Shown here in pieces: positions 30,845-40,268 of a stretch of 64,000 bases of DNA (positions within the stretch are counted from its first letter, which is position 1; each line of letters begins with the position of its first letter). The translations under genes were made by a program, and so were the position numbers. Where the stretch lies: positions 17,879 through 81,878 of the forward strand of contig CAWDSQ010000001.1 in NCBI GenBank assembly GCA_963804955.1, read 5' to 3'. The notes below the pieces were generated by a model. It made no database searches. It had not been told where the DNA came from and saw nothing but the letters and a program-made list of their open reading frames with translations. The DNA comes from an uncultured delta proteobacterium. GTDB taxonomy: Bacteria; Desulfobacterota; WTBG01; CAIYCZ01; CAIRTM01.

Positions 30845-31015
30845 TTAGAGCTCAGCCATGAGCCGATGCAGCAACTTCAGGTACAGGCGGAGACCGACCG
30901 GCTGATACAGATCCACCGTGTGTCCCCGCTCGGCAATTACACCGAACAGGCAGGCAATTCCATAGTTGATCCCTCGTTCAAGATTGACGGTCGGATAGAT
31001 AAAAAATATGTCCAT
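30845..31015 (-). pseudogene. Orphan 56-codon fragment resembling the N-terminus of a cobalamin-binding-domain radical SAM protein
   Basis: MDIFFIYPTVNLERGINYGIACLFGVIAERGHTVDLYQP... follows the pattern M.I.LIYP....(hydrophobic).GIA.L.(A)...GH.V...D typical of B12-rSAM N-termini. It is then cut short by a stop at 30845-30847. Confidence 0.35.
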
Positions 31016-31334
31016 GTGACGCGGCGGCTCTCTGAACCGGGCACGGCATTAACAAGATGCATTTTTGGATGGGCTGACTATAAAACGAAGGCGACTGTGA
31101 GTCAAGGCAAATGCAGGTATACGAGGTGCAGCAGCTGTTTTGAGGGCAGTCTGAGCGGAGGCTAAAGGAGGTTATCTGCACCGAGCGGGTTGTTTCGTTG
31201 TACCCCTTTCACCCTAAAGCTCGCATTAAATACTATTTATCAAGGGAGTAGTTCAGATCATGTGGCGGCACGGCATGCTGTGTTCCGGTTGTCACAAAGT
31301 GCGGGAAGTTTTTATCGCAAGCGAAAATAAGTAA

Positions 31335-31363
31335 TTGACATGAAATATTAAAACATATACGTT
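31335..31363 (+). promoter_or_regulatory. Putative sigma70-type promoter of the por operon
   Basis: TTGACA (31335-31340), a 17-nt spacer, then TACGTT (31358-31363). A GGGGG run lies ~9 nt upstream of the ATG at 31399. Confidence 0.35.
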
Positions 31364-31398
31364 GCAAGAAAAATCTGCTAAAACCGGGGGCATATTTC

Positions 31399-31947
31399 AT
31401 GATTGAAATAAGATTGCACGGGCGGGGCGGGGCAGGCGCGGTGACATCGGCGGAGCTGATGGCCATTACAGCCATTAATCTGGGAAAATATGCCCAGGCA
31501 TTTCCGAGCTTCGGCCCCGAGCGCCGGGGCGCGCCGGTCGTGGCCTTCTGCCGCATCGATGACAAGCAGATAAAACTGCGCACCAATATCAATAAGCCAA
31601 ATATCGTTCTGGTTCTTGATCCCTCCCTTCTTACTATCGTCAATGTAGTGGCAGGACTCAGGCAGGGGGGCATGCTGGTCATAAACAGCCGGCACTCCTG
31701 TGAGGACATACGCAAAGAGTTCGGCTTCACGTGCAGCATTGCCGCGGTGGACGCCACAAAAATCGCCCGCGAGGCAACGGGCCTTCCCATCACCAATGTC
31801 GCCATGCTGGGCGCGCTGCTGAAAGCCCGTGAAATTTTTGCGCCCGACGCCCTGACCGGCCCGGTCAACAAGCGGTTCGGCCGTATTGCCGAAAAAAATC
31901 TCATAGCCTTTCATCGCGCTTTTGCAGAAACCAGCGTCTTAACTTAA
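31399..31947 (+). CDS. porG: 2-oxoacid:ferredoxin oxidoreductase, gamma subunit
   Basis: MIEIRLHGRGGAGAVTSAELMAITAINLGKYAQAFPSFGPERRGAPVVAFCRID is the canonical POR/VOR gamma N-terminus. Confidence 0.9.
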   Translation: MIEIRLHGRGGAGAVTSAELMAITAINLGKYAQAFPSFGPERRGAPVVAFCRIDDKQIKLRTNINKPNIVLVLDPSLLTIVNVVAGLRQGGMLVINSRHSCEDIRKEFGFTCSIAAVDATKIAREATGLPITNVAMLGALLKAREIFAPDALTGPVNKRFGRIAEKNLIAFHRAFAETSVLT

Positions 31948-31970
31948 TAGACAGCAGGAAGGAGACAGCT

Positions 31971-32273
31971 TTGGCAAAAACACCAAAGTCTGAACTGGAA
32001 CTTACCTGGAAAGACCTTGAAGTGGGTTGCGTGATCAGCAATCCCGGCAATGCCTGCCAGTATAAAACCGGCGATTGGCGCTCAATGAAGCCGGTAGTCG
32101 ACAAAACACACTGCATCCGCTGCGGCGTATGCTATATCTTCTGCCCCGACATGGCGGTTCACAAGACCGATGACGGGTATTTTGAGGCTGACCTCTACTA
32201 TTGCAAGGGATGCGGCATCTGCGCCCGCGAGTGTTTTACCGGCTGCATAACCATGATACCGGAGGTGGAATAA
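31971..32273 (+). CDS. porD: 2-oxoacid:ferredoxin oxidoreductase, delta subunit (2x[4Fe-4S])
   Basis: CIRCGVCYIFCP and CKGCGICARECP-like Cys motifs. TTG start. Its stop overlaps the porA ATG (TAATG). Confidence 0.85.
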   Translation: MAKTPKSELELTWKDLEVGCVISNPGNACQYKTGDWRSMKPVVDKTHCIRCGVCYIFCPDMAVHKTDDGYFEADLYYCKGCGICARECFTGCITMIPEVE

Positions 32274-33451
32274 TGGGGGAGAGAGTAGGCATTGAAGTTT
32301 CGATTGCCGCAGCCGAAGCCGTGAAGATGGCCAATGTTGATGTGATTGCAGCCTACCCCATAACTCCGCAGACCCACATCGTGGAGCACCTGGCGGAGGT
32401 CGTGGCCGATGGCGAACTGGATGCCGAGTTCATTCCTGTCGAGAGCGAGCATTCTGCCATGAGCGTGTGCTGCGGCTCATCGGCAGTGGGCGCCAGGACA
32501 TTTACCTGCACAAGCTCCCAGGGCCTTGCCCTGATGAACGAGATAGTTTTTATCACGGCCTCGATGCGGCTGCCGGTGGTCATGGTGCTTGCCAACCGGT
32601 CGCTCTCGGGCCCCTTAAGCATCTGGAACGATCACTCCGATGTCATGTCCATCCGCGATTGCGGCTGGGTTCAGGTTTTTGTGGAAAACGGCCAGGAGGT
32701 GTTCGACCATATCATGTTCGCTTTCCGCGTTGCCGAAAGCCAGAATGTTTCCCTGCCCGTAATCGTCAATCTCGACGGGTTCATCCTCACCCATGTGATT
32801 GAGCCTGTTGAGTTCTGGGACAGTGAAACCGTCAAGAAATACCTTCCCCCTTTCAAGCCCGTAAACCGCCTGCACCCGGACAACCCGGTCACCATGGGCG
32901 CCTTCGGCATGCCCGGCATTTATACCGAAACCCGAAAGGCGCAGGACAGCGCCCTCATAGAGGCAAAGCCGGAAATTCTGAAAGCCTGGCAGGAGATGGC
33001 GGATCTCACGGGCAGGCACTACAAGCCTGTTGAGTCCTATCACGCCGAAGGGGCAGAAACCCTGTTTCTTACCATGGGCAGCATCGGCGAAACCGTGTCC
33101 GTTGCCGTTGACGAGCTGCGGGCCGAAGGTAAATCAGTCGGCCAGCTGAGCCTGCGGCTGTGGCGGCCCTTTCCCTTTGAAGAGTTCCGGCAGGCGGCAG
33201 CCGGCGCTAAAAGAATCATTGTTCTTGACCGCGCGGTTTCCATGGGCGGCCAGGGCGGCCCCGTGGCAACGGAAATACGCTCGGTGCTGTACAAGGAGAA
33301 GAACATGCCCGTGGTCACCAATTTCCTGTGCGGTTTTGCCGGCCGGGATGTCACGGTTGAGGATTACAAGGCCATGTTTGAAAAGGCGACAAAGATGTCA
33401 AAGCGCAGGGTGCGCGAAGAAGACTATATCATATACGGGGTGAGAGAATAG
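32273..33451 (+). CDS. porA: 2-oxoacid:ferredoxin oxidoreductase, alpha subunit
   Basis: MGERVGIEVSIAAAEAVKMANVDVIAAYPITPQTHIVEHL...ESEHSAMSVCCGSSAVGARTFTCTSSQGLALMNE. I chose the start at the ATG at 32273 inside the listed ORF 32201..33451. Confidence 0.9.
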   Translation: MGERVGIEVSIAAAEAVKMANVDVIAAYPITPQTHIVEHLAEVVADGELDAEFIPVESEHSAMSVCCGSSAVGARTFTCTSSQGLALMNEIVFITASMRLPVVMVLANRSLSGPLSIWNDHSDVMSIRDCGWVQVFVENGQEVFDHIMFAFRVAESQNVSLPVIVNLDGFILTHVIEPVEFWDSETVKKYLPPFKPVNRLHPDNPVTMGAFGMPGIYTETRKAQDSALIEAKPEILKAWQEMADLTGRHYKPVESYHAEGAETLFLTMGSIGETVSVAVDELRAEGKSVGQLSLRLWRPFPFEEFRQAAAGAKRIIVLDRAVSMGGQGGPVATEIRSVLYKEKNMPVVTNFLCGFAGRDVTVEDYKAMFEKATKMSKRRVREEDYIIYGVRE

Positions 33452-34389
33452 TGGAACAGCTCAATGTCTACGCGTCACGCCTGATTTCCAAAAAAGAATA
33501 CTTTTGCGCCGGGCCACCGGGCCTGCCAGGGATGCGCCGAGGCCCTTGCCGTGCGCAATGTGGCAAAGGCCCTGGGCAGCAATGTGGTTGTTGCAAGCGC
33601 TACAGGCTGCATGGAGATCATCTCCTCGCCCCTGCCGTTTACCAACTGGCGGGTTCCCTGGATACATGTGGCCTTTGAAAATGCCGCCGCGGTAATATCC
33701 GGGGCCGAGGCAGGCACCAAGGCGCTGGTGCGCAAGGGAATGCTTCCCGATATCAAAACGGTATTTCTCGGCATGGGCGGCGACGGCGCCACCAGCGATA
33801 TCGGGCTGCAGGCCCTGTCGGGCGCTTTTGAGCGGCGGCATAATTTCGTCTATGTCTGCTATGACAATGAAGCATACATGAACACGGGCATTCAGCGCTC
33901 ATCGGCCACGCCCTTCGGCGCGTCAACCACCACGTCGCCGGCGGGCAAGGTCAAGAAGGGCCAGTTTACCTGGAAAAAGAACATGCCCGAAATCGCCGTC
34001 GCCCACAATGTTCCCTATGTGGCCACGGCCTGCTCAAGCTACCCTTTTGATCTTATCGAAAAAGTGCAGAAGGCGCGCAAGAATGGAAGGGCCCGGCCTA
34101 TGTGCATATTCTTTCCATTTGCCCCACAGGCTGGCGCATCCCGCCGGACCGCGCCATCTGGATCGGCCGGCTTGCCGTTGAGACCGGGGTGTTCCCCCTG
34201 TATGAAGTGGTCAACGGCAAATACCGCATAACACATGAACTGCCCGAGCGCCGGCCCGTTGAGGAATATCTCAAGGCCCAGGGAAGATTCCGGCACCTGA
34301 CCCCTGATATGATAGAACGGATTCAAAAGCGGGTAGACAAAGAATACAAAAGGCTCAAAACAAAAGAAATCCTTGAAGAAATATGGTGA
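33451..34389 (+). pseudogene. porB: 2-oxoacid:ferredoxin oxidoreductase, beta (TPP) subunit; two frameshifts (~33505 in a T run, ~34080-34090)
   Basis: [18 protein letters not shown], then [20 protein letters not shown]...[19 protein letters not shown]...[16 protein letters not shown], then [16 protein letters not shown]...VFPLYEV. The three frames are collinear. The GTG start overlaps the porA stop (TAGTG). Confidence 0.85.
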
Positions 34390-34875
34390 GGCAGAGCATG
34401 CAGGCAAAGATACTGGAGATCATTTCCCGCTACGGCTCGGACAAAGGCTTCCTGGTTCCCATACTGCAGGATGTGCAGAAGGAGTTGAATTACCTGCCCG
34501 AAGACGCGCTGGTCATGGTGAGCACGCTTCTGGAGATTCCCGTCAGCCGCATCTTCGAGGTTGCGACCTTTTACAAGGCCTTCAGCCTTACCCCGCGAGG
34601 CCGTCATCAGCTGAGCCTGTGTCTGGGCACGGCCTGCCATGTGCGCGGCGCGCCCCTTATTTCGGGCCATATCGAGCGGGCGCTGGGCATCAGCGCAGGA
34701 GAGACATCACCCGATCTTGAGTTCACTTTTGAGACGGTCAACTGCCTCGGGGCCTGCGCCCTCGGGCCCGGTTATGGTGGTTGACGGCGACTATCACGGC
34801 CAGCTCACCATAGCAAAAACCAATGCGATCCTGCGGGATCTTGGCAGGAAGGTGCCCTCTGATGAAGAAGCTTAA
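34383..34875 (+). pseudogene. NuoE/HndA-like [2Fe-2S] subunit; one frameshift near 34770
   Basis: ILQDVQKELNYLPEDAL...ATFYKAFSL...LCLGTACHVRGA...VNCLGACALGP, then after the shift VMVVDGDYHGQL. The start overlaps the porB stop. An alternative ATG lies at 34398. Confidence 0.8.
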
Positions 34876-36729
34876 ATCACCCGGTGAGCTTGCAGCCCTG
34901 CAGGAGGAAATCCGCAAGGGGCGCGACCCGAACAAACCCTGCATCACCATCTGCGCGGGCACGGGCTGCCTTGCCTACGGCACGCAGAAGATTATCGAAT
35001 GCTTCAGGCAGGAGATTGAAAAGCAGCAGCTGCAGGACAAGGTGCAGCTGCGCACCAGCGGCTGTCACGGTTTCTGCGAGCGCGGACCCATGGTGGTCAT
35101 CCACCCGCAGAAGATTTTCTACCAGCGAATCAAAGCCGAGGATGTTCCCGATATTATCACAAAGACCGTTCTTGCCGGCGAGATCATCGACCGCCTGGCC
35201 TATGTCGACCCCGCCACAAAGCAGAAGATCGTCTATGAGCATGACGTGCCTTTCTATAAGCTCCAGACGCGCTATGTGCTGGGCATGAACGGCGATATCG
35301 ACCCGGCAAGCTCTTGACGACTACCTTGCCATCGGCGGGTACAGCGGCCTTGCCAAGGCCCTCTCCGGCATGAAGCCCGAGGCCGTTATCGAGGAGGTGA
35401 AAAAGGCCAATCTTCGCGGCCGCGGCGGCGGCGGTTTTCCGGCCGGCTGGAAGTGGGACTCCACCCGCAAGGCGGCGGGTGAGCCCAAGTACGTTATCTG
35501 TAATGCCGATGAGGGCGACCCCGGCGCCTATATGGACAGAAGCCTGCTTGAGGGCAATCCGCATCTGGTGCTTGAGGGCATGATTATCGGCGCCTATGCC
35601 ATCGGCTCAAGCAGGGCTACATCTACGTGCGCAATGAATATCCCGCTGGCCGTGCACAATGTCACCCTTGCGATTGAAAAGGCGCGGGAGGCCGGGCTTC
35701 TGGGTGAAAATATTCTGGGCTCCGGGTTCAGCTTCGATATCAAGATCAACCGCGGCGGCGGGGCTTTTGTGTGCGGCGAATCATCGGCCCTGTTTGCCTC
35801 CATCGAAGGCCGCAGCGGCGAGCCCCGGGCAAAATATGTGCATGCAACCGACCAGGGCCTTTACAACAAGCCCACCAACCTCAACAATGTTGAGACCTGG
35901 GGCAATGTGCCCCTCATCATCAACCGGGGCGCAGACTGGTACGCAAGCATCGGCACCGCAGAACAGCACGGGAACGAAAATATTTTCGCTGGTCGGCAAG
36001 ATCAACAATACGGGCCTGGTGGAAGTGCCCATGGGCATTACGCTGCGGGAGATCGTCTATGACATCGGCGGCGGCATCCCCAAAGGCCGCAAATTCAAGG
36101 CCGTGCAGACCGGCGGCCCTTCGGGCGGCTGCATCCCCGAGCAGTTTCTCGACATGCCCGTTGATTTCGACGAGCTGACCAAGATCGGCTCCATGATGGG
36201 CTCGGGCGGCATGATCGTCATGGATGACCGCACCTGCATGGTCGACGTGGCAAAGTATTTTCTGAAATTTCTCGAGGAAGAGTCCTGCGGCAAGTGCACG
36301 CCCTGCCGCGAAGGCGTCCTGCAGATGCGCCTTATACTTGACCGCATCTGCGAGGGCCAGGGAAAGGAAGAAGACATCGACACCCTTGAGTGGATGGGCC
36401 AGGCGATCAATGACGGCTCCCTGTGCGCCCTGGGCGGCTCAGCGCCCAATCCCGTGCTCACCACCATCAAGTATTTCCGCAATGAGTACGAGGCGCATAT
36501 AAAAGATAAAAAGTGCCCGGCAGGCGTGTGCAAGGCCCTCATCACCTACAGCGTGGATCCGGTAACATGCACGGGCTGTCATGCCTGCGCCCGGGTGTGC
36601 CCCACGCAGGCGGCAACAGGCGAGAAAAAGCAGACCCACACGATCAGCCTTGAAAAGTGCATTAAGTGCGGCGCCTGCTATGAGGCCTGCAAGTTTGATG
36701 CGATAGTGGTACAGTTAGGGCAGGGTTAA
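34862..36729 (+). pseudogene. NuoF/HndC/HydB-like NAD(H)-binding FMN/Fe-S subunit with N-terminal thioredoxin-like [2Fe-2S] domain and C-terminal 2x[4Fe-4S]; at least 4 indels
   Basis: CAGTGCLAYG...CHGFCERGP; LRGRGGGGFPAGWKW; ICNADEGDPGAYMDR; [13 protein letters not shown]; [12 protein letters not shown]...[12 protein letters not shown]. Frame changes lie near 35315 and 35955. There is also a compensating indel pair at ~35610-35650: the text reads [16 protein letters not shown] where [13 protein letters not shown] sits one frame over. Confidence 0.8.
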
Positions 36730-36960
36730 AGTTCAGTGTTAGGTTGCAAGGTTTAAAGTTTGAAGTTAAAGTCCAAGGTTAAGAGTTCAGGGTTCGGGGT
36801 TCAGTTTTTGTGGGTTGGGTTAAGCCCGGATAAAACCTTTGTTTTTGAATAAGTTCATAAAAAGCCGTCACCCCGGTGAAAACCGGGGTCCAGAATAAAT
36901 GCCTGATTCGTTAAAGGCTCTGGATACGCGAAGCATGTCCGCCGGTATGACGAAAACGAC
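36729..36960. repeat. Repeat-filled spacer: degenerate G/T-rich tandem run, a GGTTGGGTTAAGCCCGG module and REP-like hairpins
   Basis: 36730-36810 is a C-poor degenerate run (gttaaagttcagtgttaggttgcaaggtttaaagtttgaagttaaagtccaaggttaagagttcagggttcggggttcag). The 17-mer GGTTGGGTTAAGCCCGG at 36813-36829 recurs exactly at 55284-55300. A hairpin ACCCCGGT-gaaa-ACCGGGGT lies at 36870-36889. Confidence 0.7.
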
Positions 36961-36984
36961 ACAACGACTGAAAAGGATGCTGCG

Positions 36985-37703
36985 ATGTCTGACACAGTCA
37001 CACTGACAATAGACGGCAGAAAAATAAGCGTTCACGCGGGAACGACGATCATGGAGGCTGCGCGGAGCGTCAATATCGACATTCCCAATCTCTGCAGCAA
37101 TGAAGAGCTTGCGCCCTACGGCGCCTGCAGGCTCTGCATGGTTGAAATAGTCCATGGCAAAAGGACCCGCACTGGTGACCTCCTGCATCTATGAGGTGGC
37201 AGAGGGCCTTGAGGTGACAGACCGTTACCGAGCGCGTGCTCAATGTGCGCAAACTGGTCATCGAGCTGCTGCTTGCCCGCAACCCCTATCATCCCCGGCT
37301 GCTCGACATTGCCGGCGGAGATCGGCGTGGCGGGCTCGCGCTTTAAGGAGGATGTACAAGGGCTGCATCCTGTGCGGCCAGTGCGTGCGCACCTGCCGCG
37401 AGGTGGTGGGCGTTGCCGCCATCGGCTTTAAAGGCCGCGGCAGCACCCGCATGGTTGTTACGCCTTTTGACAAGGCGCCGCCCGACTGCATCGCCTGCGG
37501 CTCCTGCTCCTATATTTGCCCGGTCAACGTCATTCCGCTGGAAGATAAGCCAGCCGTGCGCACGATCTGGAAGACCGAGTTTCCCATGGCAGTCGTGCAA
37601 AAAGTGCGGCCGCCCCTTTGCTCCGGAAAAGCAGCTGGCCTACTTCCGTAAAATCGCCAACCTGCCCGAGAATCATTTCGATACCTGTATTCAGTGCAGG
37701 TAA
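36985..37703 (+). pseudogene. NuoG/HndD N-terminal-like Fe-S protein ([2Fe-2S] plus [4Fe-4S] sites, no catalytic domain); at least 4 frameshifts
   Basis: MSDTVTLTIDGRKISVHAGTTIMEAARSVNIDIPNLCSNEELAPYGACRLCMVEI. The continuations lie in other frames: LVTSCIYEVAEGLEV; ERVLNVRKLVIELLLARNP; GCILCGQCVRTCREVVGVAAIGFKGRGS...CIACGSCSYICPVNVIP; CKKCGRPFAPEKQLAYFRKIANLPENHFDTCIQCR*. Confidence 0.7.
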
Positions 37704-38056
37704 GCGCCGGAATGGCCGACCTGCAGCAGCCAACCGCAGGTTGCTTGCGTGGGCCTGCTTTGCGCCTCCTGCGCTCAAGGGATAGGTGCAAAACCTGTTT
37801 CCTTGTGCTATCCTTAACCCTGTTTGGGTCTTTTGACAGCGCTCCCTATCGCCTTTTTATGCTGAAAATTTTTCCGGATGGAACCCTGCATGAGCATATC
37901 CGGGCGTTGACTCCCGGCAAAGGATCCGTGCCTTCAGAGTATCTACACGCAACACATGCCTGCGAAGAAGCACAGGCATCCGGGCTAACCCAACAGATGA
38001 TTGGTTCCGGGGTTTTCGTTGACTCACCAAACAGACTTTGCGGGGGTATACATTCC

Positions 38057-39535
38057 ATGAGTGCGGTCGACACGGATGTCGTCATCATCGGCTCGGGTTT
38101 GGGCGGCCTTACCAGCGCAATTCTTTTGGGAGAGATGGGGCTCAGGGCGATGATCATTGAACGCAACCCCCTTCCCGGCGGGTTGTTGCGCAGTTATACG
38201 CGGCAGGGCATTGACTGCGCCGTCGGGCTCCATTATTTCGGCCCTGCAGGTGAGGGCGAGCTGCTGAGGCAGATGTTTGATGTTCTTGGCGTAACCGACA
38301 AGCTGAAGCTGCGGCGTCTGGGCACAGGCGGAATTCTTGAGCGCTATATTTTTGATGATCTGACCTTTGATCTCCCCCCAACTTTCACGGGTTTTGATCA
38401 GGCTCTTCGCAGCATGTGCCCCAATGAGAGCGATGCAATTGACACTATTGTTTCCGTTGTGCGCTCACTTGCTCATGGCCTGCACTTCGACGCCACAGGC
38501 CGGCTGCAGTCAAACCTCTTTTCCTTTGTGGGCTTCAACCAGAGCATGGAGGATTTTCTGCAAGCCGCGGGATGTTCAAAAAAGCTTCACGATATTCTCA
38601 CGGTGCACGGGTTCTGGACCGGGCTGCCCATGGATACATGTCCCGCCTATCTTCTTCTCTACACGCTGGGAGCGCTGCTCCGGTCGGCATGGGAGCTTGG
38701 CTGTACCGGCGCGCAGATGGTGGAGGCCTATGTCGAGCGCAGCCGTGCAACAGGGGCGGACCTGCTGCTGGGCGATCCTGTTGAGCATATTTTTGTTCGC
38801 GATGGCCGCGCATGCGGCGTCGGGCTGAAGTCAGGCCGCACCATGTCATGCCGGAAAATTATCGCGGGCATTCATCCCAAGCTCGTGCTGCCCATGCTTC
38901 CCGACGGCGCTATCCCTGCAGAGTATCGCCAGGGGCTTATGAATCTTGAGGAAACGCCGGGCGCGGTCTGCGTTCGTCTGCTGGTGAGTCAGAAACAGCA
39001 TGAAGCCCCCGGCTATAACCTGTTTCGCATTCATAAGGTGGACAGGGTCACTATAGACGGAACTTTTTTTCAGCTGCGGCAGAGTGAACGTGCCGGATGG
39101 AATGTGCTCACCATGATCCGGGGGTCGGACTGCGCGGACTGGAAAAAGTGGCAGGACACGCATACCGGCAGCCGGGGCCCGGACTATGAGCAGGCGAAGA
39201 TGCGCGCTGCCGAGTCGATGATCAAGACGGCCCGCACCGTGCTGGGAACCCTTGAGGATTACCTGATTCTTGATATTTCAACACCCCTTACAACTCGCGA
39301 CCGGGTTGCAAGTCCCGAGGGCTCCATGTACGGGCTTCTGCATTCAGTAAAAAACGCTCTGCAATATGCTGTGCTGACACGCCTGCCGGTCCGCTCCCTC
39401 TACCTCGTGGGCCAGAGCGCAATAGCGCCGGGGCTGCTGGGCGTAACCCTGAGCGTTCTGCGCGGTGTGGGCGAAGTGGCCGGCCGTGCAAATTTTCAGA
39501 AATTTCTTGCCGGCAGGCTGGCGGGGCAGGAGTAG
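38057..39535 (+). CDS. FAD-dependent oxidoreductase of the phytoene-desaturase/amine-oxidase family
   Basis: MSAVDTDVVIIGSGLGGLTSAILLGEMGLRAMIIERNPLPGGLLRSY (dinucleotide-binding fold), 492 aa from the ATG at 38057. The listed ORF 37694..39535 has a 121-codon upstream extension without recognisable content. Confidence 0.75.
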   Translation: MSAVDTDVVIIGSGLGGLTSAILLGEMGLRAMIIERNPLPGGLLRSYTRQGIDCAVGLHYFGPAGEGELLRQMFDVLGVTDKLKLRRLGTGGILERYIFDDLTFDLPPTFTGFDQALRSMCPNESDAIDTIVSVVRSLAHGLHFDATGRLQSNLFSFVGFNQSMEDFLQAAGCSKKLHDILTVHGFWTGLPMDTCPAYLLLYTLGALLRSAWELGCTGAQMVEAYVERSRATGADLLLGDPVEHIFVRDGRACGVGLKSGRTMSCRKIIAGIHPKLVLPMLPDGAIPAEYRQGLMNLEETPGAVCVRLLVSQKQHEAPGYNLFRIHKVDRVTIDGTFFQLRQSERAGWNVLTMIRGSDCADWKKWQDTHTGSRGPDYEQAKMRAAESMIKTARTVLGTLEDYLILDISTPLTTRDRVASPEGSMYGLLHSVKNALQYAVLTRLPVRSLYLVGQSAIAPGLLGVTLSVLRGVGEVAGRANFQKFLAGRLAGQE

Positions 39536-39589
39536 CTGCCGGCGTCTACAGATGGAATTAGCTTGGTCCTCACCGGGCACCGATAATAA

Positions 39590-39985
39590 CTACCAGACAA
39601 TCTCTAGTCCTGGAACGGCATGCAGGCGTTTATCGCTGGTCACCAGTTTTGCTTTGTAATGCAATGCCGCTGCCGCGATAATACGGTCGGCAGGGTCAAA
39701 ATGGGCGAAGCCCGCATGGGATACCGAGATTGATGCTATTTCAGATGTGATGGGCAGTACCGTTATTTTGCGGGCGTCAAGGATGAGTTGAAGAAATGTT
39801 TGGCCGTCGGTTCCCGGATTGATGCGATTTTTTTGTACAAGCATAGCAATTTCCCACAGCGAAATATCGCTGCAGGCAAGTTGCCCCGCATCCTCGGCTT
39901 GCTTAATCGCCCGGGCGGCCCGAGCAGTCAGCTTTTCCGGCTGCAGGGCATCAAAAATCAGGGCGCAGGTATCAAGAACCAGCAT
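39590..39985 (-). CDS. vapC: PIN-domain toxin VapC
   Basis: MLVLDTCALIF...SDISLWEIAML...LPITSEIA...DPADRIIAAAALHYKAKLVTSDKRL. The acidic PIN residues are in place. I place the start at 39985, a 14-nt overlap with the antitoxin gene. Confidence 0.85.
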   Translation of the reverse strand: MLVLDTCALIFDALQPEKLTARAARAIKQAEDAGQLACSDISLWEIAMLVQKNRINPGTDGQTFLQLILDARKITVLPITSEIASISVSHAGFAHFDPADRIIAAAALHYKAKLVTSDKRLHAVPGLEIVW

Positions 39986-40211
39986 TATCGGCTTCCCAGT
40001 TTTCACCAATCGGGGAGACAACATCCCCAACCGTGCAGCAGGCGCGAAGCTCGGCCAAGCGCTTGCGCGCGGCCTCACGCTCGTCGCGCACCGGCACGAG
40101 GCTTGCCACCACTTTGCCGCGTGATGTCACCAAAAGCTGTTCTCCTTTTTTTACCTTGCCGATATAGGCGGGCAGATGGCTTCGCAATTCGGTAATATTT
40201 ATCTGACGCAT
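39972..40211 (-). CDS. Phd/YefM-type antitoxin partner of VapC
   Basis: MRQINITELRSHLPAYIGKVKKGEQLLVTSRGKVVASLVPV is the typical Phd/YefM N-terminus. GGAGAGG lies 4 nt upstream of the ATG. Confidence 0.8.
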   Translation of the reverse strand: MRQINITELRSHLPAYIGKVKKGEQLLVTSRGKVVASLVPVRDEREAARKRLAELRACCTVGDVVSPIGENWEADNAGS

Positions 40212-40220
40212 AAGACCTCT

Positions 40221-40268
40221 CCTTTAACCGTACACTTACAATGTACAGTTAAAGGTTCAATAAGTCAA
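40221..40268 (-). promoter_or_regulatory. Putative vapBC promoter with overlapping operator palindrome
   Basis: On the minus strand: TTGACT (40268-40263), a 17-nt spacer, then TACATT (40245-40240). An inverted repeat CTTTAACCGTACA / TGTACAGTTAAAG (40222-40254, 13-nt arms with 1 mismatch, 7-nt spacer) overlaps the -10 box. Confidence 0.45.

Noticed and set aside
30794-31165. 123-aa plus-strand ORF upstream of por
   Set aside because: It has no family features and overlaps the more plausible minus-strand rSAM-like fragment and the shared 17-mer repeat.
31233-31914. Minus-strand ORFs (223 aa, 178 aa) opposite porG. Similar long antisense or off-frame ORFs occur at 7821-8645, 10642-11127, 24071-24763, 25313-25930, 45026-45688, 49209-50047 and 63172-63987.
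   Set aside because: These are shadow ORFs typical of GC-rich coding DNA. They overlap genes with strong family signatures and have Arg/Pro/Ala/Ser-rich, motif-free translations.
36729-36812. Tandem-looking G/T-rich repeats considered as a possible CRISPR array or minisatellite
   Set aside because: The units are short (about 6-10 nt), degenerate and lack unique spacers. No cas genes are present. It is better described as a low-complexity repeat patch.
37694-38056. 121-codon N-terminal extension of the FAD oxidoreductase ORF
   Set aside because: It has no recognisable domain and overlaps the end of the nuoG-like gene. The Rossmann motif follows directly after the internal ATG at 38057.
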